Shown piece by piece: positions 9,816-19,426 of a stretch of DNA of 64,000 bases. The notes beneath the pieces are model-generated. The model was not told the DNA's origin. It saw only the letters and a list, made by a program, of their open reading frames with translations, and did no database searches. Source of the DNA: Trueperaceae bacterium (GTDB taxonomy: Bacteria; Deinococcota; Deinococci; Deinococcales; Trueperaceae); NCBI GenBank assembly GCA_034521815.1, contig JAXHLW010000013.1:1024001-1088000 (forward strand), in the 5' to 3' direction. Position numbers and translations under genes: made by a program. Position 1 is the first letter of the stretch; each line of letters begins with the position of its first letter.

Positions 9816-11669
9816 CTAGCCCTGTCCGAGCGTCGAGAGGAACTCCTCGTTCGTCTTCGTACGCGACAGGCGCGACAGCAGCATCTCCATCGCCTCGGCC
9901 GCGTCCATGTCGCTGATCACCTTGCGCAAGAGCCACATCTTGGCCAGCGCGCCCTCCTCGAGGAGCAGGTCCTCGCGGCGTGTGCCCGACTTGAGGATGT
10001 CGATGGCCGGGAAGATGCGGCGCTCCTCGAGGCGACGGCTCAGGTGCAGCTCCATGTTGCCCGTGCCCTTGAACTCCTCGAAGATCACGTCGTCCATGCG
10101 GGAGCCGGTCTCGACCAGCGCGGTGGCCAAGATCGACAGGCTGCCTCCGCCGCGGATGTTGCGGGCCGCGCCCAGGAATCGCTTGGGCCAGTGCAGCGCG
10201 CTCGAGTCCAGGCCGCCCGACAAGGTGCGGCCCGTCGGCGGCGTGACCAGGTTGTTCGCGCGGGCGAGGCGGGTGATCGAGTCCAGCAGGATCATCGCGT
10301 GCCCGCCCTCCTCGACGATGCGACGGGCGCGCTCGTGCACGAACTGGGCGACACGGATGTGGTTCGTGGGCGGCTCGTCGAACGTCGACGCCACCACTTC
10401 GACACCTTGCACCGACTCGCGGAAGTCGGTGACCTCCTCGGGCCGCTCGTCGACGAGCAGCACGATCAGCTTCATGTCGGGCTCGTTCGTGACGACGGAG
10501 TGCGCGATCGCCTTCAGGAGCGTGGTCTTACCGGCCTTGGGCGGCGCCACGATCAGACCGCGCTGGCCGCGACCGATCGGTGCGAGCAGGTCGATCACGC
10601 GCGCCGAGAGCTCGTTGGGCGTCGTCTCGAGTCGGATCCGCGTCTCGGGGAAGGTGGGGATCAGATCGTCGAAGCGCGGCCGCTTCGAGGCGAGGAACGG
10701 ATCGACGCCGTTGACCGCCTCGACCCGGATCAGGGTGCCGTACCGTTCGTTGTTGCGCGGGGGGCGAGCCTTGCCCAGGATCCAGTCCCCGGTCCGCAGA
10801 CGGAACTGCTTGATCAGGCCGGCCGAGACGATCACCTTGCGCGTGTCGTTCTGGAGCAGCGACTCCTGCAGGAAGCCGTAGCCGTCGCTGGAGATCTCCA
10901 GGTAGCCTTGGACCAGCTTCAGGCCCTCCGCCTCCGACAAGCGCTCCAGGATCGCGACGGCGAGATCGTCCTTCTCCATGGCGCGGTACTCCTCGAGCCC
11001 GACCTCCTTGGCGAGGAGATGCAGCTCGGGAACGATCTTGGTCTGCAGATCGCGGTAGTTGACGCGCTGTCCGCCACCACCGCTGCGCGACCGGCGGGAG
11101 CGCTTGCGCTGATTGCCCTTGCTGCCGCCGCGGCCGTCGTCGCCATCCTGATCGTCGTCGCCATCGTCGTCGTCCGAGTCGTCGTCGCGCGATCTCGCGT
11201 CGGCCGCCTCCTCGTCGTCGTCACGGTCGGCCTTGGGCTTGCCTTTGCCGCGCCCTTTGCGCCCCTTGCCGGAGCCGCCTGCAGCGCGCTCGTCCGAGCG
11301 CTCCTGGTCGCTGCCGGCCCCCGCGTCCTGACCGCCGGCCGAGGCATCGTCTCGCGCGGCGCTCTTCGCACCGTCGTCGGCGCCCGACCCGGCAGGCGCG
11401 GGTTCGACGCCCCCGGCTGCGACCGACGTCTCGTCGTGGGTCGCGACCTCGGTCGCAGCATCGGCCTTGCGCTTTCGTCTCGGCTTCGCGGCCGGCTTCT
11501 CCCCATCCCCGGATACCGCCGGGGTGGCGTCGCCGCCGGAGCTCTCGGACGCGACCTTCCTCGGCCGACCGCGACGTTTCGGAGCGGTCTCGACGGTCGC
11601 CTCGGGGGCGTCGTTCGCGTCCGCAGCTTGGGCCGCGTCGGCGTCCTTGTTCTTGGCTCGTGGGCTCAT
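9816..11669 (-). CDS. rho: Transcription termination factor Rho with long disordered N-terminal extension
   Basis: GYGFL, APPKAGKT, LDSITRLARA, FEEFKGTGNMEL; start MSPRAK with upstream AGGAG. Confidence 0.96.
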   Translation of the reverse strand: MSPRAKNKDADAAQAADANDAPEATVETAPKRRGRPRKVASESSGGDATPAVSGDGEKPAAKPRRKRKADAATEVATHDETSVAAGGVEPAPAGSGADDGAKSAARDDASAGGQDAGAGSDQERSDERAAGGSGKGRKGRGKGKPKADRDDDEEAADARSRDDDSDDDDGDDDQDGDDGRGGSKGNQRKRSRRSRSGGGGQRVNYRDLQTKIVPELHLLAKEVGLEEYRAMEKDDLAVAILERLSEAEGLKLVQGYLEISSDGYGFLQESLLQNDTRKVIVSAGLIKQFRLRTGDWILGKARPPRNNERYGTLIRVEAVNGVDPFLASKRPRFDDLIPTFPETRIRLETTPNELSARVIDLLAPIGRGQRGLIVAPPKAGKTTLLKAIAHSVVTNEPDMKLIVLLVDERPEEVTDFRESVQGVEVVASTFDEPPTNHIRVAQFVHERARRIVEEGGHAMILLDSITRLARANNLVTPPTGRTLSGGLDSSALHWPKRFLGAARNIRGGGSLSILATALVETGSRMDDVIFEEFKGTGNMELHLSRRLEERRIFPAIDILKSGTRREDLLLEEGALAKMWLLRKVISDMDAAEAMEMLLSRLSRTKTNEEFLSTLGQG

Positions 11670-11904
11670 GGTGACTCCTGGGGACGCGCCTGCGTCCGGG
11701 CTGCAGGTCGGCTGGGCGGGGTGGCGGCCCGACGGACCGCATGACGTGCGCACCGGACACCTGAGCGCGACGGCGTGCGCAGACGTCGAGCACGCGTTCA
11801 GGTTTTGTCGGGGTCGCACCGGCGTATTGACGCATCACGTACCGGCTGCTAGCGTCCACTATACGCGCGCTGGCGCAGGCGGTGCAACCGCCGGCGATCC
11901 GCGC

Positions 11905-12205
11905 CGACAGGCGACGACGGGAACGAGTAGGTGGGCAGGCGCCCGACAGCGAGCCGGGGACGGTGGAAGCCCGGCGGTTCGTCCCCACCGAACATCCTCC
12001 CCGAGCCGCTCCCCGAACGCGAACGCCCGATCAGGGACCTCGCCAGTAGACGGAGCCGCGTGGCGCACGTGATCGCGCCGGGTCTTCGCCGCGCCTGCGG
12101 CGGACGACCACGAGGCCTTGGCCGTAGGGGCCCAGGCGCCGCTCGGGTGGTACCACGCTCCACGGGGCGTCCCGACGCGCACGCGTCCGGGCGCCCCGTC
12201 TTCGT
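11905..12205 (+). promoter_or_regulatory. T-box riboswitch with Ile (AUC) specifier controlling ileS
   Basis: Stem I elements (GAGTAG, AGCGAG...GGTGGAA), specifier GAAC-ATC at 11994-11996, T-box GGGTGGTACCACG at 12145-12157, overlapping hairpin 12162-12199. Confidence 0.85.
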
Positions 12206-12235
12206 GGAGCCCGGCGCGGAAAGGCGAGGAGCTCC

Positions 12236-15200
12236 ATGTCCGATCCGCTGTTCGACGACGTCCCGGCAAGCCCCGACTTCCCCGCGTTGGAGCGCGGGGT
12301 GATCGATACCTGGCGCGAGCACGACGTGTTCCGTCGCTCGCTCGACAAGCCCGCCCCGCGAGGGCCGTGGGTGTTCTACGAAGGCCCGCCCACCGCCAAC
12401 GGCAAGCCCGGCGTCCACCACGTCATCAGCCGTGCGTTCAAGGACCTCTTCCCCCGCTTCAAGACGATGCAGGGCCATCGCGTCGAGCGAAAAGGCGGCT
12501 GGGACACCCACGGGCTCCCCGTCGAGATCGCGATCGAGAAGCGACTCGGGTTCACCTCGAAGCAGCAGATCGAGGAGTACGGCATCGAGGCGTTCAACGC
12601 GCTCTGCCGCGAGTACGTGTTCGAGAACATCCAGGACTGGAACGCGATGACCGAGCGGATCGGCTACTGGATCGACCTCGACGACCCGTACGTGACGTAC
12701 GACAACGCCTACATCGAGTCGAACTGGTGGGTGTTCAAGGAGCTGTTCGATCGCGGCCTGCTGACCGAGGACTACAAGACCACCTGGCACAGCCCGTCGA
12801 GCAACACCACCCTCGCCAGCCACGAGGTGGCGCTGGGCTACCAGGACGACGTGGAGGATCCCTCGATCTACCCGGCCTTCCCCGCCGACGTGGAGGCGCT
12901 GCGCGAACGTGGACTCGTTCCGCGCGGCGTCGACGTGCCGGTCCTGTTCCTGGCGTGGACGACCACGCCGTGGACCTTGGCCGCGAACTCCGGCCTGGCC
13001 GTCGCGGCGGACGCCGAGTACGCGCTGGTGCTGGCGCCCTCCCGCCACGGGGGCGCCTCGAACGAGGGCGCCTCGAAGAACGCGGCGTTCGTCCTGGCGC
13101 GCGAGCTGGTCGCCACCACGTTCGGGGACGATCCGCACGAGATCGTCACGACCTTCCTCGGCAGCGCGCTGGACGGTGTCCCCTACCAGCCCGTGCTTCG
13201 CGGTCGCGACGACGCGGGCGGGTCCGCCGCGGGCGTCGAGCGCCGCGTCGTCCTCGACCCGATGGTCAGCCTCGAGGACGGAACCGGCATCGTGCATCTC
13301 GCCCCCGCCTACGGCGACCTGGAGCTGGGCAAGACGCACGGTCTGGCGACGCTGTTCAGCGTGTCGCTCACCGGCGAGGTGCTGCCCGAGGTCGCGCCTC
13401 TGGACCACCCCGAGGGCGAGCCCGGGCCGTACGCCGGTCAGTGGTTCAAGGACGCGGACGACCCGATCGCGCGCGACCTGCTGGACCGCGGGCTGATGTA
13501 CCGCCGGACGCGGATCCGCCACGCCTACCCGTTCAACTGGCGGGACGGCAAGCCGCTGATGAACGTCGCGAAGAAGAGCTGGTACATCCGCACGACCGAG
13601 GTCAAGGAGCGACTGCTGGCGAACAACGACCAGGTCCGCTGGGTGCCGGACTCGATCCGCACGGGTCGCTTCGGGAAGTGGCTCGAGAACAACGTCGACT
13701 GGGCCATCAGCCGAGAGCGCTACTGGGGCTGCCCGCTGCCGATCTGGGTGGCGGACGACGGCACCGACCCGGTCTGCGTGGGGTCCGTCGCCGAGCTCGA
13801 GCGCCTCTCGGGCCGCGACCTGAGCGATCTGGAGCTCCACCGGCCGTTCGTCGACGAGGTCACGTTCGAGAAGGACGGCCGTACCTACCGCCGCGTGCCG
13901 TACACCGTGGACGTCTGGTTCGAGTCGGGCGCCATGCCGTACGCCCAGCACCACTTCCTGGGCGACGCCACGGAGCCCGCCGACCGCGAGGCGTTCGAGC
14001 GGGCGTTCCCGGCGGACTACATCTGCGAGGCGATCGATCAGACGAGGGGCTGGTTCTACAGCCTCCACGCGCTCGCGACGCTGCTCTCCGACAGCGGCAC
14101 CGACCAGCGCGCGCCGGGGCCGCTGGCGTACCTGGCGCCCGACACCAGCGCGTTCAAGGCGGCCATCTCGCTCGGCCACATCGTCGACGAAAAGGGCGAG
14201 AAGATGTCGAAGTCCAAGGGGAACGTGATCGACCCGTGGTCGGTGCTGGACGCGCAGGGGGCGGACGCGCTGCGCTGGTACCTGTACGCCGCCAGCCCCC
14301 CCGAGGCGACCAAGCGCTTCAGCGCCGCGCTCGTCGAGGACTCCCAGCGCGACTTCATCATGACGCTCTGGAACGTGTACGGCTTCTTCGTGCTGTACGC
14401 GAACCTCGATCGGCCGGAGCTGTCCCGCCCGTTGGACCCCGCCTCGCGCCCCGCGACCGACCGGTGGCTGGTCTCCAGCGTGCACGCCCTGATCCAGGAC
14501 GTCACCAGGCGCCTCGAGGCGTTCGACGCCACCGGGGCTGCCCGCCGCATCCGGAACTTCGTCGTCGACGACCTGTCGAACTGGTACGTGCGCCGCAACC
14601 GCAAGCGCTTCTGGAAGTCCAGAGACCGCGCTCGACCAGGCCAGTGCCTACCAGGCGCTGTACGAGGCGCTGACCACCGTCGCGAAGCTGATCGCGCCGA
14701 TGGCGCCGTTCCTGGCCGAGGCGCTGCACGAGAACCTGGTCCGCAACGTCGACCGGGCCGCGGCGATCTCGGTCCACCTGGCCGACTGGCCGGCGGCCGA
14801 CCCAGGGCGCATCGACGAACGGCTGATGGACGACATGGCGGCCCTCGTCCGGGTCGTCGAGCTGGGCCGGGCCGCACGGGCGCAGAGCGGCGTGAAGATT
14901 CGCCAGCCGCTTCCCGCGGTCCTGGTCCGGGCGCGCGACGACGCGGAGCTCGCCGGCATCCGCCGACTCGAGGATCAGCTCCTCGACGAGCTGAACGTGA
15001 AGAGCGTGCGTTACCTCGATCCGACCGACGCGTTCGTCGACTACGACGTCAAGCCGAACCTGCCGCTGCTGGGGCGGCGGCTGGGAGCGAAGATCCCGGC
15101 GCTGCGTGCCGCGCTGGCGACGGTCGACGGCCGCGAGATCGCCGCTGCGGTCGGCGAGGGCAGGACGATCACCCTGACGTTGGACGGCGAGCCGCTGGAG

Positions 15201-15599
15201 CTCGAGCCCGAGGCGTTCCTGTTGGACGCGCGCAGTCCCGAGGGCTACGCCGCGGTCGAGGATCGCGGCTACCTCGCGGCGCTGGACGTCACGGTGACGC
15301 CCGAGCTCCGGCGCGAAGGCCTGGCGCGGGACGCCGTCCGCATGCTGCAGAACGCGCGCAAGAACGCCGGGTTCGAGGTGTCCGACCGGATCGAGGCCAC
15401 GTGGGCGTCGGACGATCCGGAGCTCGTCGCGGCGCTGGAGACGCACCGCGACACGGTCGCCGACGAGGTTCTGGCGGTCCGCTTCGAGCGGGGCGACGCG
15501 ACGGCGGCGACGGACGGCTGGCACCGGGAGTCGGGCGATCTGAACGACGACGGCGCGCATCTGACGGTGACGCTGCGGCGATCGGAGGCGACGGCGTGA
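12236..15599 (+). CDS. ileS: Isoleucine--tRNA ligase type 2 (IleRS2), with an apparent +1 insertion at about 14621
   Basis: EGPPTANG-x-P-GVHH, GWDTHGLP, WTTTPWT, KMSKS; removing one base near 14621 restores FWKS-ETALDQASAYQALYEAL through TGA at 15599. Confidence 0.93.
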
Positions 15600-16396
15600 C
15601 CGGGCCCCCCGGCGACGCACCGATCCTCCGCATCCGCGGACTCGTCAAGGACTTCGGCGGGCTGCGCGCGGTGGACCGCTGCGACCTCGACGTGCCGCGC
15701 GGGACCGTCACCGGGTTGATCGGACCGAACGGCGCCGGCAAGACGACGCTCTTCTCGCTCGTCTCCGGCTTCGTGCGCCCCGACGCCGGCACGGTGACGT
15801 TCGACGGCGAGGACGTGACCGGTCTGCCGCCGCACGAGATCTTTCGCAAGGGACTGTGCCGGACCTTCCAGATCCCGCGGGAACACGGCAGCATGACGGT
15901 GCTGGAGAACCTGATGCTGGTTCCCAAAGACCAGATCGGCGAGCGCTTCTGGGGCCCGCTGCTGCGCCCCGGCGCCGTCGCCCGCCAAGAACGCGAGATC
16001 GGCGACCGGGCACGCGAGGTGCTGGCCTTTCTTCGGCTCGAGCATCTCGCCGACGACCACGCCCGCTCGCTGTCGGGCGGCCAGAAGAAGCTGCTCGAGA
16101 TCGCACGGACGCTGATGGCCGAGCCGAAGCTCGTCCTTCTCGACGAGCCCGCCGCCGGCGTGAACCCGGCGCTGATGGAGGACGTCCGCACCCGCATCGA
16201 GGAGCTCCAGAGCGAGCGCGGCATCACCTTCCTGCTGATCGAGCACAACATGAGCCTCGTGATGGACCTGTGCGACCCCGTGGTCGTGATGAACGAGGGC
16301 CGCGACCTCGCCGTCGGCAGCCCCGACGAGGTCCGTCGCGATCCGAAGGTCCTCGATGCCTACCTCGGAGGCGAGCATGCCGATCCTCGAGATTGA
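15596..16396 (+). CDS. livG: Branched-chain amino acid-type ABC transporter ATPase (LivG-like)
   Basis: GTGA overlap; GPNGAGKTT, LSGGQ, LLDEPAAG. Confidence 0.88.
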   Translation: MTGPPGDAPILRIRGLVKDFGGLRAVDRCDLDVPRGTVTGLIGPNGAGKTTLFSLVSGFVRPDAGTVTFDGEDVTGLPPHEIFRKGLCRTFQIPREHGSMTVLENLMLVPKDQIGERFWGPLLRPGAVARQEREIGDRAREVLAFLRLEHLADDHARSLSGGQKKLLEIARTLMAEPKLVLLDEPAAGVNPALMEDVRTRIEELQSERGITFLLIEHNMSLVMDLCDPVVVMNEGRDLAVGSPDEVRRDPKVLDAYLGGEHADPRD

Positions 16397-17081
16397 CGGC
16401 GTCACCAGCGGCTACGGCGAGATGGAGGTCCTGCACGACCTCGATCTGCGTGTCGACGAGGGCGAGATCGTCTCCATCGTCGGCCCCAACGGTGCCGGCA
16501 AGTCGACCGCGATGAAGCTGGTGTTCGGACTGCTGAAGCCGTGGACCGGCGCGGTTCGCTTCCGCGGCGAGGACATCTCGGCCGCCGCGCCCGACAGGCT
16601 GGTCCGAAAGGGACTCGCGTACGTCCCGCAGGTGGCGAACGTGTTCCGTGCCCTGACCGTGGAGGAGAACCTGGAGATGGGAGCGTTCACGCTGTCCGGC
16701 CCGTTGGCGCCCCGCAAGCGACGCGTCTACGACCTGTTCCCACGGCTCTACGAGCGGCGCCGCCAGCGCGCCGGCCAGATGTCCGGGGGCGAGCGCCAGA
16801 TGGTGGCGATGGGTCGCGCGCTGATGCTCGAGCCGCAGCTGCTGATGCTCGATGAGCCGTCCGCCGGCCTGGCGCCGATGCTGGTGGACCTGATCTTCGA
16901 AAAGGTGCGCGACGTGAACGCGGAGGGGATCGCAGTGCTGATGGTCGAACAGAACGCCCGCAAGTCGCTGCAGCTGGCCGACAGGGGCTACGTGCTGGCG
17001 AACGGCCGCAACGAGCTCGATGGCCCCGGCGCCGACCTGCTGGACGACCCCGAAGTCGCCCGGCTCTACCTGGGGGGTTGA
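16377..17081 (+). CDS. livF: Branched-chain amino acid-type ABC transporter ATPase (LivF-like)
   Basis: GPNGAGKST, MSGGERQM, LDEPSAGLAP, YLGG end. Confidence 0.9.
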   Translation: MPILEIDGVTSGYGEMEVLHDLDLRVDEGEIVSIVGPNGAGKSTAMKLVFGLLKPWTGAVRFRGEDISAAAPDRLVRKGLAYVPQVANVFRALTVEENLEMGAFTLSGPLAPRKRRVYDLFPRLYERRRQRAGQMSGGERQMVAMGRALMLEPQLLMLDEPSAGLAPMLVDLIFEKVRDVNAEGIAVLMVEQNARKSLQLADRGYVLANGRNELDGPGADLLDDPEVARLYLGG

Positions 17082-17083
17082 GG

Positions 17084-18121
17084 ATGGCGCGCACCGCTCG
17101 GACGCGTCTGCGGGCCCCCGATCTGTCGGGACGCTTCGGGCTGCTGGTGATGCTGGCCGTGGTGACCCTCGTGGTCGCGGTGGCGGCGACGACGCAGGGC
17201 GTCGCGCCGGACCGGCTGCTGGCACTGACGGTACGCGGGGTGATGCTGGGCGGCATCCTGGCCCTGGGCGCGATCGGCCTGTCGCTGATCTTCGGCGTCC
17301 TGAACCTGCCGCACTTCGCTCACGGCGAGCTGATGACCGTCGGGGCGTACCTGACGCTGGCCCTGCTGACGATCCTGCCGGACGGCGGCCCACTGGCGCC
17401 GTTCTCGTTCTCGGCGACGTTCCTGTTGGCGCTGGCGGTGGTGGCGCCGGCGGTGGGGATGCTGTCGTACCTGCTCGACCGCGGGGTCTATCGACCGCTC
17501 CGCGCCCGCGGCGCCGCCCCGATCTACATGGCGATGTCGTCGCTGGCGATCGCGTTCGGACTGCGCAGCATCGTGTACCTGCTATGGGGCGCCGACTTCC
17601 GGTTCTTCTACCCCGGTCGGCCACGGCCGGCCGTGGAGCTGTTCGCCGGGATCCGCGTCCGGCCCGACCAGCTGTTCATTCTGGGGCTGGCCCTGGCGCT
17701 GATCGTGCTCGTGTACCTTCTGCTCGAACGCACGAAGATGGGCAAGGCGATGCGTGCGACCGCGGACAACCCCGAGCTGGCCCGCGTCGCCGGCATCGAC
17801 GTGGAGCGGGTGGTGCTGTTCACCTGGATGATCGGCGGAAGCCTCGCCGCGATCGGTGGAGCGATGTACGGCCTCGACGCGCAGATGCGACCCGAGATGG
17901 GCTGGTGGCTCCTGCTGCCGCTCTTCGCGGCGGTGATCCTCGGCACCATCGGCAACCCCTACGGCGCGCTCGCTGGCGGGCTGATCATCGGCGTCGCCTG
18001 GCAGCTGTCGAGCGCGTTCCTGAACCCGGCGTACGGTCCGGCGGTCGCTTTCGTCCTGATGATCCTGGTGTTGCTGGTCCGGCCCGAAGGGCTGTTCGGC
18101 GTGCCTGGGAGACGAGCGTGA
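17084..18121 (+). CDS. livH: Branched-chain amino acid-type ABC permease (LivH-like)
   Basis: LGAIGLSLIFGVL..FAHGE, TKMGKAMRATADN, LVRPEGLFG. Confidence 0.9.
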   Translation: MARTARTRLRAPDLSGRFGLLVMLAVVTLVVAVAATTQGVAPDRLLALTVRGVMLGGILALGAIGLSLIFGVLNLPHFAHGELMTVGAYLTLALLTILPDGGPLAPFSFSATFLLALAVVAPAVGMLSYLLDRGVYRPLRARGAAPIYMAMSSLAIAFGLRSIVYLLWGADFRFFYPGRPRPAVELFAGIRVRPDQLFILGLALALIVLVYLLLERTKMGKAMRATADNPELARVAGIDVERVVLFTWMIGGSLAAIGGAMYGLDAQMRPEMGWWLLLPLFAAVILGTIGNPYGALAGGLIIGVAWQLSSAFLNPAYGPAVAFVLMILVLLVRPEGLFGVPGRRA

Positions 18122-19293
18122 GCGCCCTCGAGCTGGTCCGCGGACTGCTCCTCGCGGTGCCGCTGGCGCTGCTCCTGGCGGCGCTGGGTCGAGGCCTGCC
18201 GGTGCTGCGCTGGGCGGCGCTGCCGCTCGCCGCGGTGGCCGGCGTGGCGAGCGCCTCGCTGCTGCCGAGCGGCACCCTCGGCTACCTGGTGTCGTTCGCG
18301 CTGATGGCGTCGATCTACGCCGTGCTGACGTTGGGCCTCAACGTGCAGTGGGGCTACACGGGGCTGTTCAACGTCGGCGTGGCCGCCTTCTTCTCCGTCG
18401 GCGCGTTCGTCGCCGCGCTGGTGACCACGACCGCGCCGACCGGGCCGGTCGCCGCCTTCTCGCAGCAGGCGTTCGGCCTGGGCGCTCCGTTCCTGGTCGG
18501 CGTCGCCGCGGCGGGCGTCGTCTCGGGCGTGGTCGCCTGGCTGGTGGGACGCCCGACGCTCAAGCTGCGCGACGACTACCTGGCGATCGCCACCATCGGC
18601 ATCGCCGAGGTCGTTCGACTGGTGTTCCAGAACGAGCGCTGGCTGGCGAACGGGCCGCAGCCGCTGCGCGGCATCCCGCAGCCGCTCGACTGCCTCGTCG
18701 CGTCCGACGGCTGCGGATGGCTGCCGGGCGTCGTGAACGGCTGGTTCGCGCCGCTCGCGCCGCGCGACTACACGTACGTGTACCTGGCGCTGGTGGCCGT
18801 GATCCTGGCCCTCGTCTACCTCGTGCTCGAGAGGATGATCGAGTCGCCGTGGGGCCGCGTGCTTCGTGCCGTACGCGAGGAGGAGAGCTCCGCCCGCATG
18901 AACGGCAAGGACGCGGCGGCCTTCAAGGTGCAGGCGTTCGTGGTCGGCGCGGTGGTGATGGGGATCGGCGGGGCGCTGTACGCGCACTACATGGTCTCGA
19001 TCGACTACAGCCACTTCGACCCGCTCTACGCCACCTTCCTGATCTGGGTGATGCTGATGCTGGGCGGTAGCGGCAACAACCGAGGCGCCATCCTCGGCGC
19101 GTTCGTGATCTGGGGCATCTGGACCGGGACGGCGTCGCTGGTGGACGCGATCCGGCCGGCGCTGGCGGCCATCTCCCCCGACCTGCCCGCACGCGGACCG
19201 TACCTGCGCTTCCTGTTCATCTCGCTGATGTTCCTGGCGATCCTGCGCTTCCGGCCGCAGGGCCTGATCGGAGAGCGACGGCGCAAGGCCTGA
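18118..19293 (+). CDS. livM: Branched-chain amino acid-type ABC permease (LivM-like)
   Basis: LGLNVQWGYTGLFN, LKLRDDYLAIATIG, SPWGRVLRAVRE, RPQGLIGE. Confidence 0.9.
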   Translation: MSALELVRGLLLAVPLALLLAALGRGLPVLRWAALPLAAVAGVASASLLPSGTLGYLVSFALMASIYAVLTLGLNVQWGYTGLFNVGVAAFFSVGAFVAALVTTTAPTGPVAAFSQQAFGLGAPFLVGVAAAGVVSGVVAWLVGRPTLKLRDDYLAIATIGIAEVVRLVFQNERWLANGPQPLRGIPQPLDCLVASDGCGWLPGVVNGWFAPLAPRDYTYVYLALVAVILALVYLVLERMIESPWGRVLRAVREEESSARMNGKDAAAFKVQAFVVGAVVMGIGGALYAHYMVSIDYSHFDPLYATFLIWVMLMLGGSGNNRGAILGAFVIWGIWTGTASLVDAIRPALAAISPDLPARGPYLRFLFISLMFLAILRFRPQGLIGERRRKA

Positions 19294-19369
19294 CGGTGGG
19301 CCGCCGGGGCGCGCCGCCGCGCGCCCGACGCGCACGGCAGGGCCCGTACGGAGGTGGCGGCACGAAGGA

Positions 19370-19398
19370 GGGGCGGGACCCGAATCGAGTCCCGCCCC
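19370..19398. terminator. Hairpin between convergent livM and the binding-protein gene
   Basis: GGGGCGGGAC-N9-GTCCCGCCCC perfect 10-bp stem. Confidence 0.65.
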
Positions 19399-19426
19399 CT
19401 GTCGCGTGCCGATCCGGCGTGGCCGC

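Noticed and set aside
11849-14485. Long antisense and alternative-frame ORFs (also 49349-52693, 20877-23504, 9657-11744)
   Set aside because: Shadow ORFs expected at very high GC; they overlap well-supported genes and have no motifs
12236-16396. 1386-aa ORF that looks like an IleRS-ABC ATPase fusion
   Set aside because: Produced by the +1 indel at about 14621 reading through off-frame sequence; the real IleRS C-terminus is in another frame ending at 15599 and livG has its own GTG
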